From contig CAVOID010000008.1 in NCBI GenBank assembly GCA_963695875.1, positions 160,001-224,000 on the forward strand: a stretch of 64,000 nucleotides of DNA, in the 5' to 3' direction. Numbering within the stretch: position 1 is the first letter of the stretch; each line of letters begins with the position of its first letter. The translations under genes and the position numbers were made by a program. The notes under the pieces are model-generated. The model worked only from the letters and a program-made list of their open reading frames with translations. It made no database searches and was not told the origin of the DNA. Of this stretch, positions 31,610-41,542 are shown piece by piece. The stretch comes from an uncultured delta proteobacterium (GTDB taxonomy: Bacteria > Desulfobacterota > Syntrophia > Syntrophales > UBA2185).

Positions 31610-32746
31610 TTATTTCAGTGGCCATTTTTTCTGCACGTCTTCTTCCGAATCAGCATATTTCTGCGCTAACTTATTAAATTGGTTAGCCAGTGCTAAAAAG
31701 GCATCCACCATGTCGGGATCAAAGTGGGCACCTGATGCCTCCCTGATAATATCAACCGAGTCTTCATGAGGGTAGGGCGGTTTGTAAATGCGACGACTGA
31801 TTAAGGCATCGTATACATCAGCAACTGCCATAAGACGCCCCGGTATGGAGATATCGTCTCCCGATAACCCCTCAGGATAACCTGCTCCATTCCACTTTTC
31901 GTGGTGTCCGTACGCTATTTCCATACCAACCTGTAAGAAGGGAACAGGTGTTCCAAGGAGATTCTCAGCAGAAAGGATAGCATCACGGCCAATGGTTGTA
32001 TGAGTCTTCATTATTTCGAATTCCTCCGGGGTCAGTTCGCCTGGTTTCAGCAAAATGTGGTCCGGAATGCCCACCTTGCCCATGTCATGGAGCGGCGCAG
32101 ACTTGAAGAGCAGCATAATCTTTTCGTCAGTTAAAAAATTCTTGAATCTCGGATGATCCTTTAGTTTGGAAGCCAGCAACTTTACATAATTCTGGGTACG
32201 ACGTATGTGATTGGCCGTCTCATTGTCACGCGTCTCCGCGAGTGATCCCATGGTAACCATCGTGACATCCTGAATCATTGTTATCTCTTTTGTTCTCCTT
32301 ACCACTTCCTGTTCCAGATACTCGGCCTTATCTTTCAAAAAGTCTCTTGCACTTTTTAATTGAAGGTGAGTATTGATGCGGGCGAGAAAGACGGGAGGGC
32401 TTACCGGTTCTGTAATGTAGTCTACTGCTCCAAGTTCAAACCCCATCTTTTCTTCTTCTGCATCGTACTTCGATGAAAGAAAAATAACCGGTATATCGTT
32501 GGTCTCAGGAATGCTCTTGAAGTAGCGACACATATTGTAACCGACCCTCTCCGGCATCATAATATCAATAAGAATAAGATCCGGAGGGGCTTCAGAAAAG
32601 GCAATCTGAAAGGCTTTCTCCATATTGGTGGCAACTTCTATTCTATAGATGTCTTTCAGTATAGAGCTCATAAAGACAATGTCGTCCGATGAGTCGTCAA
32701 CAATGAGAATAGTTTTTCTTTGGTCATCAGCTTTCAATCCGGTCAT
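31610..32746 (-). CDS. response regulator with HD-GYP c-di-GMP phosphodiesterase domain (RpfG-like)
   Basis: REC domain (ILIVDD, DIMMP) plus LHDMGK, HHEKWNGAGYP and ADVYDAL. Confidence 0.92.
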   Translation of the reverse strand: MTGLKADDQRKTILIVDDSSDDIVFMSSILKDIYRIEVATNMEKAFQIAFSEAPPDLILIDIMMPERVGYNMCRYFKSIPETNDIPVIFLSSKYDAEEEKMGFELGAVDYITEPVSPPVFLARINTHLQLKSARDFLKDKAEYLEQEVVRRTKEITMIQDVTMVTMGSLAETRDNETANHIRRTQNYVKLLASKLKDHPRFKNFLTDEKIMLLFKSAPLHDMGKVGIPDHILLKPGELTPEEFEIMKTHTTIGRDAILSAENLLGTPVPFLQVGMEIAYGHHEKWNGAGYPEGLSGDDISIPGRLMAVADVYDALISRRIYKPPYPHEDSVDIIREASGAHFDPDMVDAFLALANQFNKLAQKYADSEEDVQKKWPLK

Positions 32747-33015
32747 GTTCCCTCCCTAAAATATTTTTTAAGGGTGTTTGCAAAACATATCATTTGATAG
32801 AATTCGTATTTATGTTCAGGGAGTGTAAGGAAAAGAAAGTTATGTGTCAAGAAGAAATGACCCCCAAAATGGACACTTGGCCTTTTTGTTGTCACATTAA
32901 GTTTATTTGCTGACGTGATCGTGATTGTAAATAAGGGAATCGGCCCATCTCTCTTGACAGGAGTTGTCAAGTCCATTAATGTCTGGCTTATTCAAATAAA
33001 ATCAGGAGAAGTATT

Positions 33016-34044
33016 ATGACTGATATTTGTTTTCGCAAGATTGAGGGTTCCCCTGATCAATATAGAAAGTATCTCGCTTTTTTGCTCGGGGATTTAAAAA
33101 GTCCTTTCAAAAAAGGGGATAAAATAGGTATCAAACTTCACTGGGGTGAGAGGGGCAATCACAGTTTCTTACCGCCAACCTATGCTGAAGAAATTGTCAA
33201 ATGGCTTCAAAAACAGGGCACAAAACCTTTTATCTTCGATACTACGGCTCTATATTCTGGAGGTCGCCGCACAGGAGTCGATACGTTAAAAACAGCAGAA
33301 GAACATGGTTATACGGAAAGGGCTCTCGGCTGCCCGATTGTAGTTGCAGATGGTATGGATGGTCGGGACATCGTAGATATACCCGCCGGTTTCAAGCATT
33401 TTAAAACAGTCCAGGTTGCTTCTGTCGTGGAAAAAGCGGACGGCTTCGTTATTTTTTCTCATTTTAAAGGGCACATGGCTGCCGTTTTCGGTGGAGCCAT
33501 TAAAAATATATCCATGGGTTTCGCATCCCGGGCGCAGAAGCAGCGTATGCACTCAGAAGTACGACCATATATGAAAAGGGAGAAATGTGCACGCTGCGGT
33601 ATTTGCGTTGAAGTTTGCCCGTCGGGAGCGGCTCAGCTTGATAACGAAGGGTATCCGATCTATGATCATGATACGTGCATTGGCTGCGCACAATGTATTG
33701 CTCTCTGCGGTGAAATGGCGCTAAAAATCTTGTGGAATGTAGAAGATAAGATATTTCAGGAGAAATTAGTTGAGACGGCAGCAGCTGTCTGGAAGCGCAT
33801 TAAAGAGAGATGTGTGGTAATAAACGCTCTTATCAACATAACCACAGAGTGTGACTGTCTGCCGGGAGAAAATCCCGCGATGTTCCGCGATTTAGGTTTT
33901 ATGGGTGGATACAACCCGGTGGTGGTTGACGCTGAATCTCTGAAATTTATCGGTGTAGAACCATTTGAAAAAGCTCATCCGAATATTCCTTGGCAAAGAC
34001 AATTCGAATACGCAAGAGAAATAAAATTTTATCACAATGATTGA
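33016..34044 (+). CDS. DUF362 domain 4Fe-4S protein
   Basis: KLHWGERGN, SHFKGH, GGAIKNISMG, two CxxCxxCxxxC motifs and CDC. Confidence 0.88.
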   Translation: MTDICFRKIEGSPDQYRKYLAFLLGDLKSPFKKGDKIGIKLHWGERGNHSFLPPTYAEEIVKWLQKQGTKPFIFDTTALYSGGRRTGVDTLKTAEEHGYTERALGCPIVVADGMDGRDIVDIPAGFKHFKTVQVASVVEKADGFVIFSHFKGHMAAVFGGAIKNISMGFASRAQKQRMHSEVRPYMKREKCARCGICVEVCPSGAAQLDNEGYPIYDHDTCIGCAQCIALCGEMALKILWNVEDKIFQEKLVETAAAVWKRIKERCVVINALINITTECDCLPGENPAMFRDLGFMGGYNPVVVDAESLKFIGVEPFEKAHPNIPWQRQFEYAREIKFYHND

Positions 34045-36010
34045 TTACGAGAAAGAACTTAACCCGGAACAACTGCGCGTCGTAATGGAGGGAGACGGCC
34101 CAATTCTTGTTATTGCTGGCGCGGGAAGCGGCAAGACTCGTGCATTGACCTATCGGGTAGCTCGTTTAATAGAATCGGGAAATAGGCCGGAAAGGATTCT
34201 GCTTGCAACCTTCACCAACAAGGCCGCGCGGACAATGCTTTCCAGAGTGAAGGCTCTTACCGATATGGATATCAGCCATATATGGGGCGGCACGTTTCAT
34301 CATATCGCCCACCTTATTCTAAGAGCAAATTCACATCTTTTAGGTTATGAACGGAACTTTTCCATATTAGATAGCGAAGACTCGACTCAACTGATTAATA
34401 CATGCGTATCCGAGAAAGGGATCATTACTAAAAATGGTAAGTTTCCCAAAGGGGATGTGCTGAGAGATATTGTCAGTTTTTCCTTAAATACAGAGGTTAC
34501 TATTGAAGATGCAATAAAAACGCGATATCCGTTTTTTTGTGATTGTATTGATGACGTAAGGCAGGTAGCTGTACACTATCAAATGCGTAAAAAAACATTA
34601 AATGTCATGGACTTTGATGATCTTCTCAGCAATTGCAAGAAACTTCTTATAGATTATCCCGATTTATTAAGAAAATATGCAGAGAAGTTTTCCAATGTCC
34701 TTGTTGATGAGTACCAGGATACGAATACAATGCAGGCGGAAATAGTGGATCTTTTAGCGTCAGGCCATACAAACCTTATGGCAGTGGGAGACGATTCACA
34801 GAGTATATACGCCTTCAGGGGCGCCAATTTTGAGAATATAATCAAGTTTCCAGAAAAGTATCCGGACTGTAAGGTTTTCAAGCTGGAGACGAACTACCGG
34901 AGCACGCCTGAAATCCTGCATCTGGCTAATATGAGCATCATAAACAATGATAAACAGTATCAGAAAACACTCAGGTCAGTGAGAGAAACAGGTATAAGGC
35001 CGATTCTCATACCGGTAAAGGACGTTATGCAACAGGCTAATTTTGTTGCTCAGAGGATGCTTGAATTGATACGGGAAGGGACACCTCTCAGCGACATCGC
35101 AGTCCTGTATCGAGCCCACTATCATTCCATGGAACTTCAAATGGAAATGGTGCGCAGAGGAATACCCTTTGAAATCCGCTCCGGCATACGTTTTTTCGAG
35201 CAGGCCCACATAAAGGATGTGACCGCATATATGAGGATCATCATGAATGCTTTTGACGAACTGGCATGGAAGAGGGTGCTCGGACTTTACAGTAAAATCG
35301 GGAAAATAACAGCCGATAAGTTATGGAAGTTTTTGGTATCAAAGAAAAATCCCCTGGCAGAGGCGCTCTGCGCTGATTTTCTGAATTGCGCATCAAAAGT
35401 TGCAAAAGAGGGCATTCTGAGATGCCAAAATACGCTTGGAAAACTTACAAATCATTTGCCTGGTATAAGTCCATCAGAGATTATCGATGTTTTACTGGAG
35501 AACGGTTACCGGGATTACCTGCAGGAGAAGTATACCGATGCTTCATCAAGAGAGGATGATTTGGTTCAATTGTCTAATTTCTCCACGAGGTTTTATTCTT
35601 TAGAAGATTTTTTGGGTGAACTGTCACTGTTAACGAACATGACCGAAGTGAATGAGTCCGAACAGGATGACACGAATGGAGACAAGGTTATCCTCAGTAC
35701 AATACATCAGGCCAAAGGACTCGAGTGGTCCGTCGTTTTAATTATCTGGTGTGCTGATGGAATGCTTCCCCTTGCACGCGCCCTGAAAGACCCGGATGGC
35801 GAAGAGGAAGAAAGAAGGCTTTTTTACGTGGCAACGACAAGGGCGAAAGATCAGCTTTATCTTTGCTACCCGCTTGTGAGCTATGCAAGGGGAATGGGGA
35901 ATATGATGCAGGTACCCTCCAGGTTCATCAGAGAACTGTCGCCTACAACAAGGCATACTAAAGCCTGCCCGTATGATCAATGGGTCGTTGACGAAGACTG
36001 GAGATTCTAA
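34037..36010 (+). CDS. uvrD: UvrD/PcrA family ATP-dependent DNA helicase
   Basis: AGAGSGKT, VDEYQD, VGDDSQSIYAFRGA, NYRS, TIHQAKGLEW and EERRLFYVATTRA motifs. Confidence 0.92.
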   Translation: MIDYEKELNPEQLRVVMEGDGPILVIAGAGSGKTRALTYRVARLIESGNRPERILLATFTNKAARTMLSRVKALTDMDISHIWGGTFHHIAHLILRANSHLLGYERNFSILDSEDSTQLINTCVSEKGIITKNGKFPKGDVLRDIVSFSLNTEVTIEDAIKTRYPFFCDCIDDVRQVAVHYQMRKKTLNVMDFDDLLSNCKKLLIDYPDLLRKYAEKFSNVLVDEYQDTNTMQAEIVDLLASGHTNLMAVGDDSQSIYAFRGANFENIIKFPEKYPDCKVFKLETNYRSTPEILHLANMSIINNDKQYQKTLRSVRETGIRPILIPVKDVMQQANFVAQRMLELIREGTPLSDIAVLYRAHYHSMELQMEMVRRGIPFEIRSGIRFFEQAHIKDVTAYMRIIMNAFDELAWKRVLGLYSKIGKITADKLWKFLVSKKNPLAEALCADFLNCASKVAKEGILRCQNTLGKLTNHLPGISPSEIIDVLLENGYRDYLQEKYTDASSREDDLVQLSNFSTRFYSLEDFLGELSLLTNMTEVNESEQDDTNGDKVILSTIHQAKGLEWSVVLIIWCADGMLPLARALKDPDGEEEERRLFYVATTRAKDQLYLCYPLVSYARGMGNMMQVPSRFIRELSPTTRHTKACPYDQWVVDEDWRF

Positions 36011-37896
36011 ATCCAGCGGTCCAGCTTCGATTTCGCTTCATACTCTTCCCTGAGGGCGATTTGCGTGGCTTCCGCGATATCTTCCACCCTATTAACCAGA
36101 TCTTCAAACTTTATATCCACACCGAAGATGCCTACCATTTCATCATTATCATCGGCAAGAGGAGCTGAAACAGTTATGCAAAGCGCCCCCGTCATTTTTG
36201 ATATATAGAAATTGGTCACATGCATCTTGCCGCTCTGTAAAGGCTTAATAAACCACTCCCTGTCTGACTGGTCCGTCCCGACTCCGTAGTTTTCGTATTT
36301 TGCCCTGTCCGCAATATTGGTAATGTTCTTTGTAGTCTTCTTACCATTCATATCTACTACATAGGCAAACTGAATAGACGGGTTATCTTCAATACACTGC
36401 TGCATGACCGGTTCCTGAAGCTCCGGTTTCATGGTCTTCATTACCGGATGGTCGATCACCTGTTTGACGACATCCATAGCGGCCTGTGTCGCCATGAATT
36501 TGATCTTCTCCAGATCGGACATAAAGAGTTCCGGCAGATACTTCCGGACCATTCTCTCAAGTTCTTCATGGGAAATCCCTGTTGCCCTGCCGGATTCATA
36601 TTGATCCGTAACCCATTTATGGATTTTCGAAACGCCGGGATGTCTTTTATCGATTACGGTTTTGCCTTTTTCGCTCAAACGTGCATTGATCCAGTGAGCT
36701 ATACCGGCTTTCCCGGATTTGTCGGTGATCATGGTCACGATGGGTCTCTTCAGTATTTTGGTCGTATCGAAGATATTATAGATTTCTTCGTTCTTGATGA
36801 GACCGTCGGCATGGATACCGGCCTTCGTTATATTAAATTCTGCACCGACGAAGGGAAAATTAGTGGGAATTTTTACACCAATTTCCTTTTCAAAATATTG
36901 GGCAATATCGGTAATAACTGTAGTATCAATACCGTTGTTTGTCCCCCTCAATCCGATATATTCAATGATCAGGCCTTCTATGGGGGCATTGCCGGTACGC
37001 TCTCCCAGTCCGAGCAAAGTTCCATTTGCTGCGCCGCAACCGTACAGCCAGGCTGTTGTAGCATTGATCAGGGCCTTGTGGAAATCGTTGTGGCCATGCC
37101 ATTCCAGCAGATTACCGGGAACGCCGCCCTCATCGATAAATGCCCTGATCAGCTTTTCAACACTCCGCGGCAGTGATGCACCGGGATAGGTTACGCCATA
37201 ACCCATGGTATCGCAGAGCCTGATCTTAATGTCGATACCGCTTTCTTCACGGAGCTTCATGAGCTCAATGGCCAGGGGGATGCAAAATCCATATATCTCG
37301 GCCCTGGTTATATCTTCAAAGTGACACCTGGGTACAATACCTTCACCAAGAATATCTTTTACAATGCCGAGGTAGTCATCAAATGCTTTCTTTCTTGTCT
37401 CATTAAGTTTGAGAAAAATGTGGTAGTCAGAAACAGAAGTCAAAATGCCCGTTTCCTTCAATCCTGCCTCCTTTACCAGTTTTATGTCCTCTTTCTGGGC
37501 CCTGATCCAGCCTGTTATCTCGGGATATTTCAGGCCGAGTTCCAGACATTTCGCCACTGCTTCCCTGTCTTTCTTACTATAGAGGAAGAATTCGGATTGT
37601 CTGATCACACCGTTCTCACCGCCCAACCTGCTCATGAAGGTGTAGAGATCAACGATCTGCTTTACCGTATACGGTGGGCGTGCCTGCTGCCCATCTCTGA
37701 ATGTAGTATCCGTAATGAATATGTCTTCGGCAGGGTTTATCGGTATTATCTTATGGTCAAAGTCAATCCTGCTCACCTCATCATAGGGGAATACACCCTT
37801 CTGCAAATTAGGCTCCGCCACATCCTTGAGATCCAGTTGCCAGAATTTTGTATGTTCATGATCCAGAACTCTTTTTTCTTTATTCCATTTTGCCAT
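36007..37896 (-). CDS. Re-citrate synthase (DRE-TIM metallolyase) with C-terminal Cache-like domain
   Basis: DTTFRDGQQA, HFEDITRA, CDTMG, HGHNDF, GERTGNAP and AGIHADG motifs; the C-terminus has DREWF...FYISKMTGALCITVSAP....VGIFGVD (Cache-type). Confidence 0.8.
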   Translation of the reverse strand: MAKWNKEKRVLDHEHTKFWQLDLKDVAEPNLQKGVFPYDEVSRIDFDHKIIPINPAEDIFITDTTFRDGQQARPPYTVKQIVDLYTFMSRLGGENGVIRQSEFFLYSKKDREAVAKCLELGLKYPEITGWIRAQKEDIKLVKEAGLKETGILTSVSDYHIFLKLNETRKKAFDDYLGIVKDILGEGIVPRCHFEDITRAEIYGFCIPLAIELMKLREESGIDIKIRLCDTMGYGVTYPGASLPRSVEKLIRAFIDEGGVPGNLLEWHGHNDFHKALINATTAWLYGCGAANGTLLGLGERTGNAPIEGLIIEYIGLRGTNNGIDTTVITDIAQYFEKEIGVKIPTNFPFVGAEFNITKAGIHADGLIKNEEIYNIFDTTKILKRPIVTMITDKSGKAGIAHWINARLSEKGKTVIDKRHPGVSKIHKWVTDQYESGRATGISHEELERMVRKYLPELFMSDLEKIKFMATQAAMDVVKQVIDHPVMKTMKPELQEPVMQQCIEDNPSIQFAYVVDMNGKKTTKNITNIADRAKYENYGVGTDQSDREWFIKPLQSGKMHVTNFYISKMTGALCITVSAPLADDNDEMVGIFGVDIKFEDLVNRVEDIAEATQIALREEYEAKSKLDRWI

Positions 37897-37916
37897 AGTA
37901 AATGCTCCAGTTTTTT

Positions 37917-38060
37917 AAAAAAAAAGAGGGCACCCTGAAACCAGTTGAGCCCTCTTTGGGAATATGCATCGGGTTTCAGTCTACCGGTAAATTCGCTTCC
38001 TTTGGGCTAAATATGGCTTAGCCGCACCTGCCTTTTTCTCGGAGGCCATATGTTTTACAT
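37917..38060 (-). promoter_or_regulatory. attenuator-like leader upstream of Re-citrate synthase
   Basis: Terminator AAAGAGGGC...GCCCTC followed by a U9 run about 20 nt before the start codon; competing helix CTGAAACC/GGTTTCAG; a uORF ends at 37981. Confidence 0.6.
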
Positions 38061-38308
38061 TTCCTACAGAATGAACTGCTTGTTTTTCGGCAGAAATCTT
38101 TTCTTCGAGGACAGCTGCTTTCGTCGGTCGTTTTGTGCACCCCGGGAAAACAAACATAAGACCTGTGAAGTGAACATAGTCCAAACCATTGATAATGTGA
38201 CCTGTACTTTATCCTTCTGTTTGTCCCACGACAAAATAGCAAAAGTTTCTTCTTATTTACTAAATTAATAATACAAGGCTATCTTGTCAATAGAAATATC
38301 TATGAAAA

Positions 38309-40084
38309 TCATACAATTTTCAGAGAAAGCTCCATCAACTGTTCTATGCTTACTTCCGATGGCGCATCTGTGAGAAGGCATGTCGCTTTCTGTGTCTTGG
38401 GAAATGCTATGACATCCCTTATGCTCTCAACACCGGCCATGATCATGATCAGCCTGTCAAAACCTATGGCAATACCTCCATGGGGAGGTGTCCCGTATTC
38501 TAAGGCATCGAGGAGAAACCCGAACTTCTTCCTGGCCTCGGAATCTTCCATGCCCAAGACACTAAAAACCATGGACTGGATATCCTGCCTATGGATACGG
38601 ATGCTTCCTCCACCTATCTCTGTCCCGTTCAGAACAAGATCATAGGCCCTTGCTCTAACCTTGCCGGGATCACTAGTAAGTAAGTGAAGGTCTTCCATGA
38701 CAGGGGAAGTAAAGGGATGGTGTTTTGATACATACCTTTTTTCCGTATCACTGTATTCGAATGAGGGAAATTCATTTACCCATGTAAAAGAATATTGCCC
38801 GGAATCAATCAGATTTAATTTCTTAGCAAGATGAATTCTGAGATTGCCCAGTGCTTCATGAACAACCGAAGGAGTGTCGGCCAGAAAGACGATCACATCC
38901 CCTTCTTTAGTCTCCATTGTTTTGTTAATATTATCGACTTCAGAGGCCGTGAGAAATTTAAAGATAGGCGATGTCCATCCCTCGGGATTGACTCTGGCCC
39001 AGGCGAGGCCCTTTGCGCCATATGTGCTGACATAATCGGCCAGGCCATCGAGATCCTTTCGGGTCAGGCTCTTTCCGTTTTCAATCTTAATGGCTTTTAC
39101 CACTCCGCCACTGGCTGCAACTTCCTGAAACACTTTCAGGGTGGAGTTCTTCACGATTTCGGTGAGGTCTCTTAATTCCAAAGAGAAACGGATATCGGGG
39201 TTATCTCTGCCATAACGCTCGACTGCCTCTGTGTAGGATATTTTAGGAAACGGGGTTGGTAATTCCTTTCCGAGACATGTTCTGAATAGGTGAACTATAA
39301 GGCCTTCAGTTATTCGATAAATATCATCCTCGGAAATGAACGACATCTCTACATCGATCTGCGTAAATTCCGGCTGTCGATCAGCCCTCAGGTCTTCATC
39401 ACGGAAACATCTGACGATCTGGTAGTATCTGTCAAATCCGGAAACCATCAGCAACTGTTTGAAGAGCTGGGGTGACTGGGGCAGGGCATAAAACATCCCC
39501 TGGTTAATCCGGCTGGGGACAAGATAGTCGCGCGCACCTTCAGGTGTGCTCTTTGTCAGAACCGGTGTTTCAACTTCAATGAACGCTTCCTTTTGAAAGT
39601 ACAGCCTTGCTTGGGCTGCAACATTGCTTCTGAGGATAAGATTCTTCTGCATTTCAGGCCGTCTCAGATCAAGGTATCGATACTTCAATCGGACGTTCTC
39701 AGATACCTCTATATTCTCATTCAGTACAAAAGGCGGTGTTTTGGATTCGCTTAAGATCTCCAGTTCGTGGGCCATAACTTCAATCTCGCCGGTCTTCAAA
39801 TCAGGATTTTCCATTCCCACAGGTCTTCTTTGAACCTTGCCTCTTACGGCGAGGACAAATTCATTTCTTATTTTGTGAGCCTCTTTGTGACTGTCAGGAT
39901 CGATATCAGGGTTAAAGACTACCTGGGCAAGACCTTCACGATCCCTGAGATCTATGAAAATAACACCTCCATGATCCCTTCTCCGGTGCACCCAGCCCAT
40001 CAGGATTACTTCCTCGCCTGTATTGGAGGCATTAAGATCACCGCAATAATGTGTCCTTTTCTTGACTGTCAAAAAATCGGTCAA
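38309..40084 (-). CDS. aspS: aspartate-tRNA ligase
   Basis: [47 protein letters not shown] and GTPPHGG motifs. His in RDHGG suggests a non-discriminating type. Confidence 0.97.
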   Translation of the reverse strand: MTDFLTVKKRTHYCGDLNASNTGEEVILMGWVHRRRDHGGVIFIDLRDREGLAQVVFNPDIDPDSHKEAHKIRNEFVLAVRGKVQRRPVGMENPDLKTGEIEVMAHELEILSESKTPPFVLNENIEVSENVRLKYRYLDLRRPEMQKNLILRSNVAAQARLYFQKEAFIEVETPVLTKSTPEGARDYLVPSRINQGMFYALPQSPQLFKQLLMVSGFDRYYQIVRCFRDEDLRADRQPEFTQIDVEMSFISEDDIYRITEGLIVHLFRTCLGKELPTPFPKISYTEAVERYGRDNPDIRFSLELRDLTEIVKNSTLKVFQEVAASGGVVKAIKIENGKSLTRKDLDGLADYVSTYGAKGLAWARVNPEGWTSPIFKFLTASEVDNINKTMETKEGDVIVFLADTPSVVHEALGNLRIHLAKKLNLIDSGQYSFTWVNEFPSFEYSDTEKRYVSKHHPFTSPVMEDLHLLTSDPGKVRARAYDLVLNGTEIGGGSIRIHRQDIQSMVFSVLGMEDSEARKKFGFLLDALEYGTPPHGGIAIGFDRLIMIMAGVESIRDVIAFPKTQKATCLLTDAPSEVSIEQLMELSLKIV

Positions 40085-40091
40085 AGTATGA

Positions 40092-41357
40092 TTAACTCCC
40101 TCTAATGATTTTTACAATTGTTTCCTCAAGGTTTTTAAGACCCAGAGTTTCCTGTGTTCCTTTTTTCATATTCCTCAATTCAGCTTTGCCCTCCAGAATT
40201 TCTCTGTCGCCCAGCATAAGTGTGTAATGTGAGCTGAGCCTGTCCGCCCTTTTCATCTGGCTTTTCAGGCTTTTTCCCGAATAATCCATTTCAGTTTCAA
40301 TACCGCTTATTCGTAATCTATTGCATATGGTAAAAGCAAGCTTTTGTGCATCCTTACCAAGAGAGGCAATGAATAATCGGGGTGGAAGCAGCAATTCCTT
40401 GTCATTGATCGGTGAAATTGAAATCAATCGTTCACATCCTATAGCAAATCCGATTCCGGGGACGTCCGGTCCGCCAAGGTCTTTCACCAGGCCATCGTAT
40501 CGGCCGCCGCCTGCAACGGCATTCTGGGCCCCCAGATGTTCCGTCACGACTTCAAATGCCGTCTTTGTGTAGTAATCAAGGCCCCTTACCATCTTGGGGT
40601 TTATTTCAAAGCGTATGTCAAAAGTATCTAGAAATTCCTCTACCTTTGCAAAATGATCCCCGCAGTCTGGACATAAGAAGTCAAGAATCTTCGGCGCATG
40701 TTCGATTAATTCGATGCAATTTGTCATTTTACAATCAAAAACCCTGAGGGGATTCATATTGATACGCCTCTGACAATCTTTACAAAGTCCTTCTTCTTTT
40801 CCGCGTAAATAATCGGTTAATGCTTGTCTGAATAGAGGGCGGCATTTGGTACATCCGAGAGAATTAATCTGCAAGCTTAGATCGGGGAGCTCGACACGCT
40901 TCAAAAATTGCATGAGCATGAGAATTACTTCAGCATCGGAGCGAGGATCATCAACACCGATGAATTCGACATTGATCTGGTGAAACTGCCTGAATCTTCC
41001 TTTTTGAGGCCTTTCACGTCTGAACATGGGGCCCATGGTGAAAAGCTTTGTAACCGGATCAGTTGCATAAAGCGCATGTTCGAGATACGCGCGAACGATG
41101 GAAGCTGTTGCCTCAGGACGGAGAGTAAGGTATTCATCTCCGCGATCGAGAAATGTGTACATCTCTTTTTCAACTATATCGGTGGATTCCCCGATACTTC
41201 TCCTGAAAAGGTCTGTCTTTTCCAGTATTGGCACCCTTATCTCCCGAAAACAGAAATTAGTAAATATCTCACGCGCTATGCACTCTATGTATTGCCACTT
41301 TCCCGATTCCTGGGGAAGTATATCCTTGAACCCTCTAACTGCGGTTATAATTTCCAT
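40092..41357 (-). CDS. hisS: histidine-tRNA ligase
   Basis: [30 protein letters not shown] and GGGRYDGL motifs. Confidence 0.97.
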   Translation of the reverse strand: MEIITAVRGFKDILPQESGKWQYIECIAREIFTNFCFREIRVPILEKTDLFRRSIGESTDIVEKEMYTFLDRGDEYLTLRPEATASIVRAYLEHALYATDPVTKLFTMGPMFRRERPQKGRFRQFHQINVEFIGVDDPRSDAEVILMLMQFLKRVELPDLSLQINSLGCTKCRPLFRQALTDYLRGKEEGLCKDCQRRINMNPLRVFDCKMTNCIELIEHAPKILDFLCPDCGDHFAKVEEFLDTFDIRFEINPKMVRGLDYYTKTAFEVVTEHLGAQNAVAGGGRYDGLVKDLGGPDVPGIGFAIGCERLISISPINDKELLLPPRLFIASLGKDAQKLAFTICNRLRISGIETEMDYSGKSLKSQMKRADRLSSHYTLMLGDREILEGKAELRNMKKGTQETLGLKNLEETIVKIIRGS

Positions 41358-41542
41358 GATGACTGACCACTAAGCTTGATTATTTAAAAAAAACCGTACA
41401 TATAAATAATATTACTGAGTTTGTTATTATTCGAAAGCGAGCTGATCGATAACACATAAAGCATTGCAGTGCAATAGAAGTTTCGCTATCGATCTAAAGA
41501 GACAGAAAATGAGAATCAAGCACGGAAGTCATAATAAGTGCC

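Noticed and set aside
37917..38300. 6S RNA or tRNA between aspS and Re-citrate synthase
   Set aside because: No long rod with central bubble and no cloverleaf or T-loop motif; better explained as a 5' leader.
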